Below are positions 61,218 to 64,000 of a DNA stretch of 64,000 nucleotides, piece after piece. The stretch covers positions 1 through 64,000 of the forward strand of contig CAJWLU010000018.1 in the NCBI GenBank assembly GCA_913043225.1, given 5' to 3'. The DNA is from an uncultured Acidobacteriota bacterium. Its GTDB lineage: Bacteria; Acidobacteriota; Vicinamibacteria; Vicinamibacterales; UBA8438. Below the pieces are notes generated by a model. The model searched no databases. It was not told the origin of the DNA and saw nothing but the letters and a program-made list of their open reading frames with translations. Positions within the stretch are counted from its first letter, which is position 1. Every line of letters begins with the position of its first letter. Both the position numbers and the translations under genes were made by a program.

Positions 61218-63454
61218 GTGACACACAGATGGATCCCGCAACGATCGAGGCGCATGGGCTGACGACCGACGAGTACCGGAAGGTGCTCGACATTCTTGGC
61301 CGGGAGCCGACGCTGACCGAACTCGGCATTTTCTCCGTAATGTGGTCGGAGCACTGCAGCTACAAGAGCTCGCGCATCCATCTGAAGCGCCTGCCTACCG
61401 AGGGTCCTCAGGTGGTTCAGGGGCCAGGAGAGAACGCTGGGGCGGTCGCTATCGGCGACGGTCTGGCTGCTGTGTTCAAGATCGAGTCGCACAACCACCC
61501 ATCATTCATCGAGCCTTATCAGGGTGCGGCCACCGGGGTGGGCGGCATCATCCGCGATATCTTCACGATGGGCGCGCGGCCGATCGCCCTACTGAACTCG
61601 CTGCGATTCGGTGCTCTTGACGACCCGGCGACCCGCCGGCTCGTGGATGGCGTCGTTGCCGGTATCGCAGGCTACGGCAACAGCATCGGGATTCCCACCG
61701 TGGGCGGTGAGGTTGACTTCGACCCGAGTTACGCCGGGAATCCGCTCGTCAACGTGTTCTGTCTCGGCGTGGCCAAGGTCGACCAGCTCGCCAAGGGGTT
61801 GGCCTCGGGGGCGGGTAATCCGGTCTACTACGTCGGGGCGAAGACGGGACGAGACGGAATCCACGGCGCCACAATGGCGTCGGCCGAGTTTGACGAGAAC
61901 TCGGCCGAGAATCGGCCCGCGGTGCAGGTGGGTGACCCGTTCATGGAGAAGCTACTCCTCGAAGCCTGCCTCGAGGTGATGAAGTCGGACGCCTTGGTCG
62001 GAATCCAGGACATGGGGGCTGCCGGGCTGACCTGTTCGACCTGCGAGATGGGTGCGCGGGGCGATGCGGGCATCGAGATCGACGTCTCGCTGGTCCCGCA
62101 GCGCGAGACCGGCATGAACGCCTACGAGATCATGCTGAGCGAGTCGCAGGAACGGATGTTGCTGGTCGCTCAGAGAGGGAGAGAGGCGGAGGTCGAGGCG
62201 ATCTTCGAGAAGTGGGACCTGCACGCGGCTCGGATCGGCGAGGTAACCGGCGACGGGTTGCTCCGCGTGAAGCACGCAGGCGAGGTGGTGGCCGAGATCC
62301 CGAATCGTCCTCTCGCCGACCAAGCACCGCTCTACGACCGTCCCACTACGCGACCGGAGTATCTCGAGGAGGTGCAGCGGTTCGACGAGAGTGCCCTCGA
62401 GCCGTCACCCGACCTCGGGCGTGTCTGGCTCGACCTGCTCGGCGCGCCCTCGATTGCAAGCCGACGGTGGATTTACCGCCAGTACGACCACATGGTGCGA
62501 ACCAATACCATCGCGCTTCCCGGGCTCGGGGCCGCCGTGGTGCGGGTCAAGGGGACGGACCGTGCCCTAGCGTTCTCGGTGGATGGCAACGGCCGGTATT
62601 GCTTCCTCGACCCGATGGAGGGTGGTCGACTGGCCGTGGCCGAGGCGGCGCGGAATGTCGCCTGCGCCGGGGCGCAGCCGATTGGCGCGACCAACTGTCT
62701 AAACTTCGGCAATCCGGAACGGCCGGAGATCATGTGGCAGTTCGCCCAGGCCGTCGACGGGATCGCAGAGGCATGCAGCGCTCTTGGGATCCCGATCACG
62801 GGAGGCAACGTTAGTCTGTACAACGAGACCGAAGGGCAGGCGGTGTACCCGACGCCGGTACTTGGAGTGGTGGGCGTGATCGAGGACGCGAGCCAGGTGC
62901 TGACCCGCGCGTTCCCGGCCGCGGATCTTGACGTGGTGCTGTTGGGTGAAGCGACCGGCGGCCTGGGTGGGAGCGAGTATCTGAAGCGCATGCACCGCCT
63001 CGTGCGCGGTCGACCCGTGCCGGTGGCCCTCGTCCGGGAGCGAGCGTTGCAGGCGCTGCTCGTTGAACTGGTGGCCGAGAGGTTGATCGGGTCGGCCCAC
63101 GACTGTGCTGAAGGCGGAGTGGCCATTACTCTGGCCGAGTGTTGTATCGACGGCCGGGTCGGTGCAGTAGTGGATCTGCCCCCAGCCGGCCCTGCGGACG
63201 GCTTGATGGCGGCTCGCGCGCTCTTTGGCGAGGCGCCGACGCGTGTGGTGGTGTCTGTCTTGCCCGGCAACCGCGATCAGTTGCTGTCCAAGGCACGTGC
63301 GGCGGGAGTTCCGGCGGCTGTCATCGGACGGACCGGCGGGCCTCGTGTCACGATCGGTGTCGCTGAAGAGATGGTGGCCGATGTCGGACTCGACGACGCA
63401 GAACTGGCGTGGTCTCTCGGATTGACCCGTCACTTCGAGCGAGCGGCAAGCTGA
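61214..63454 (+). CDS. purL: FGAM synthase subunit PurL
   Basis: [54 protein letters not shown]. Confidence 0.98.
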   Translation: MSDTQMDPATIEAHGLTTDEYRKVLDILGREPTLTELGIFSVMWSEHCSYKSSRIHLKRLPTEGPQVVQGPGENAGAVAIGDGLAAVFKIESHNHPSFIEPYQGAATGVGGIIRDIFTMGARPIALLNSLRFGALDDPATRRLVDGVVAGIAGYGNSIGIPTVGGEVDFDPSYAGNPLVNVFCLGVAKVDQLAKGLASGAGNPVYYVGAKTGRDGIHGATMASAEFDENSAENRPAVQVGDPFMEKLLLEACLEVMKSDALVGIQDMGAAGLTCSTCEMGARGDAGIEIDVSLVPQRETGMNAYEIMLSESQERMLLVAQRGREAEVEAIFEKWDLHAARIGEVTGDGLLRVKHAGEVVAEIPNRPLADQAPLYDRPTTRPEYLEEVQRFDESALEPSPDLGRVWLDLLGAPSIASRRWIYRQYDHMVRTNTIALPGLGAAVVRVKGTDRALAFSVDGNGRYCFLDPMEGGRLAVAEAARNVACAGAQPIGATNCLNFGNPERPEIMWQFAQAVDGIAEACSALGIPITGGNVSLYNETEGQAVYPTPVLGVVGVIEDASQVLTRAFPAADLDVVLLGEATGGLGGSEYLKRMHRLVRGRPVPVALVRERALQALLVELVAERLIGSAHDCAEGGVAITLAECCIDGRVGAVVDLPPAGPADGLMAARALFGEAPTRVVVSVLPGNRDQLLSKARAAGVPAAVIGRTGGPRVTIGVAEEMVADVGLDDAELAWSLGLTRHFERAAS

Positions 63455-64000
63455 TGCACGACAGCGACAAATTCCACGACGAATGCGGAGTTTTCGGGAT
63501 CTACGGTCATCCTGAAGCTCCGGCGCTGACCCGGCTCGGGCTGTATGCCCTGCAGCACCGCGGCCAGGAGAGTGCGGGCATCGCCACCGCGAATGCCGAC
63601 GGGTTGCACCTGACCCGCGCAATGGGGCAGGTTTCCGAGGCCTTCGACGAGAAAACTCTCGCCGCGCTTAACGGTCACTCCTCGATTGGCCATGTCCGGT
63701 ATTCCACCGCCGGTGACAGTCGCATCGTCAACGCGCAGCCCATCCTGATTGACTGTGTGCATGGCGAGATCGCGCTCTGCCACAACGGTAATCTCATCAA
63801 CGCGGCCGAACTGCGTTCGTACCTAGTCGGCAAGGGGCACATCTTCCAGACTAGCAGCGATACCGAGGTGGTGTTGCACCTCTACGCGCGGTCTCAGGCG
63901 CCGACTCCGGAGGACGCGATCGTCGAGTCGGTTGCTCAGGTGCGTGGGGCGTTTTCCCTGGCCATGCTGACCGAGGACCACCTGATCGCGGTTCGGGATC
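63454..64000 (+). CDS. purF: Amidophosphoribosyltransferase, 3'-truncated by window edge
   Basis: Manual translation [15 protein letters not shown] (propeptide + Ntn Cys), LQHRGQESAG, GHVRYSTAG, HNGNL, SDTEV; TGATG overlap with purL. Confidence 0.97.
   Translation, partial: MHDSDKFHDECGVFGIYGHPEAPALTRLGLYALQHRGQESAGIATANADGLHLTRAMGQVSEAFDEKTLAALNGHSSIGHVRYSTAGDSRIVNAQPILIDCVHGEIALCHNGNLINAAELRSYLVGKGHIFQTSSDTEVVLHLYARSQAPTPEDAIVESVAQVRGAFSLAMLTEDHLIAVRD

Overview
A GC-rich, gene-dense bacterial chromosome segment. Gene content (several secreted PQQ beta-propellers, putative-heme-binding cytochromes, exported hydrolases) suggests Acidobacteriota, possibly Vicinamibacterales; this is inference only. 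Housekeeping genes include eno, argG, proC, fused accD/accA, msrA, mtaB, rlmN and purB-purS-purQ-purL-purF. I saw no rRNA, tRNA, CRISPR array or intact mobile element. Signals missing from the ORF track: (1) a 75-aa Rdx/SelW-type selenoprotein (CKV-UGA, SECIS-like hairpin) directly upstream of a Tat-exported SoxC-like molybdoenzyme, a cytochrome c and a signal-peptide-bearing SAM methyltransferase, which is my best candidate for an undescribed system; (2) a decay zone at about 51-52 kb with a doubly broken Zn-ribbon/Sel1 gene, a 19-codon Cas9-like N-terminal stub and a dead histidine kinase; (3) further intergenic gene fossils (PhzF-like, Ser/Thr kinase); (4) a 30-aa membrane microprotein; (5) a probable ATC start codon behind a structured leader upstream of the pur cluster; (6) strongly base-paired intergenic DNA at 43.5-43.75 kb. 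A PQQ dehydrogenase that is in the track also carries the lanthanide-type D-x-x-D-W-D motif. All calls come from reading motifs by eye; no database searches were run.
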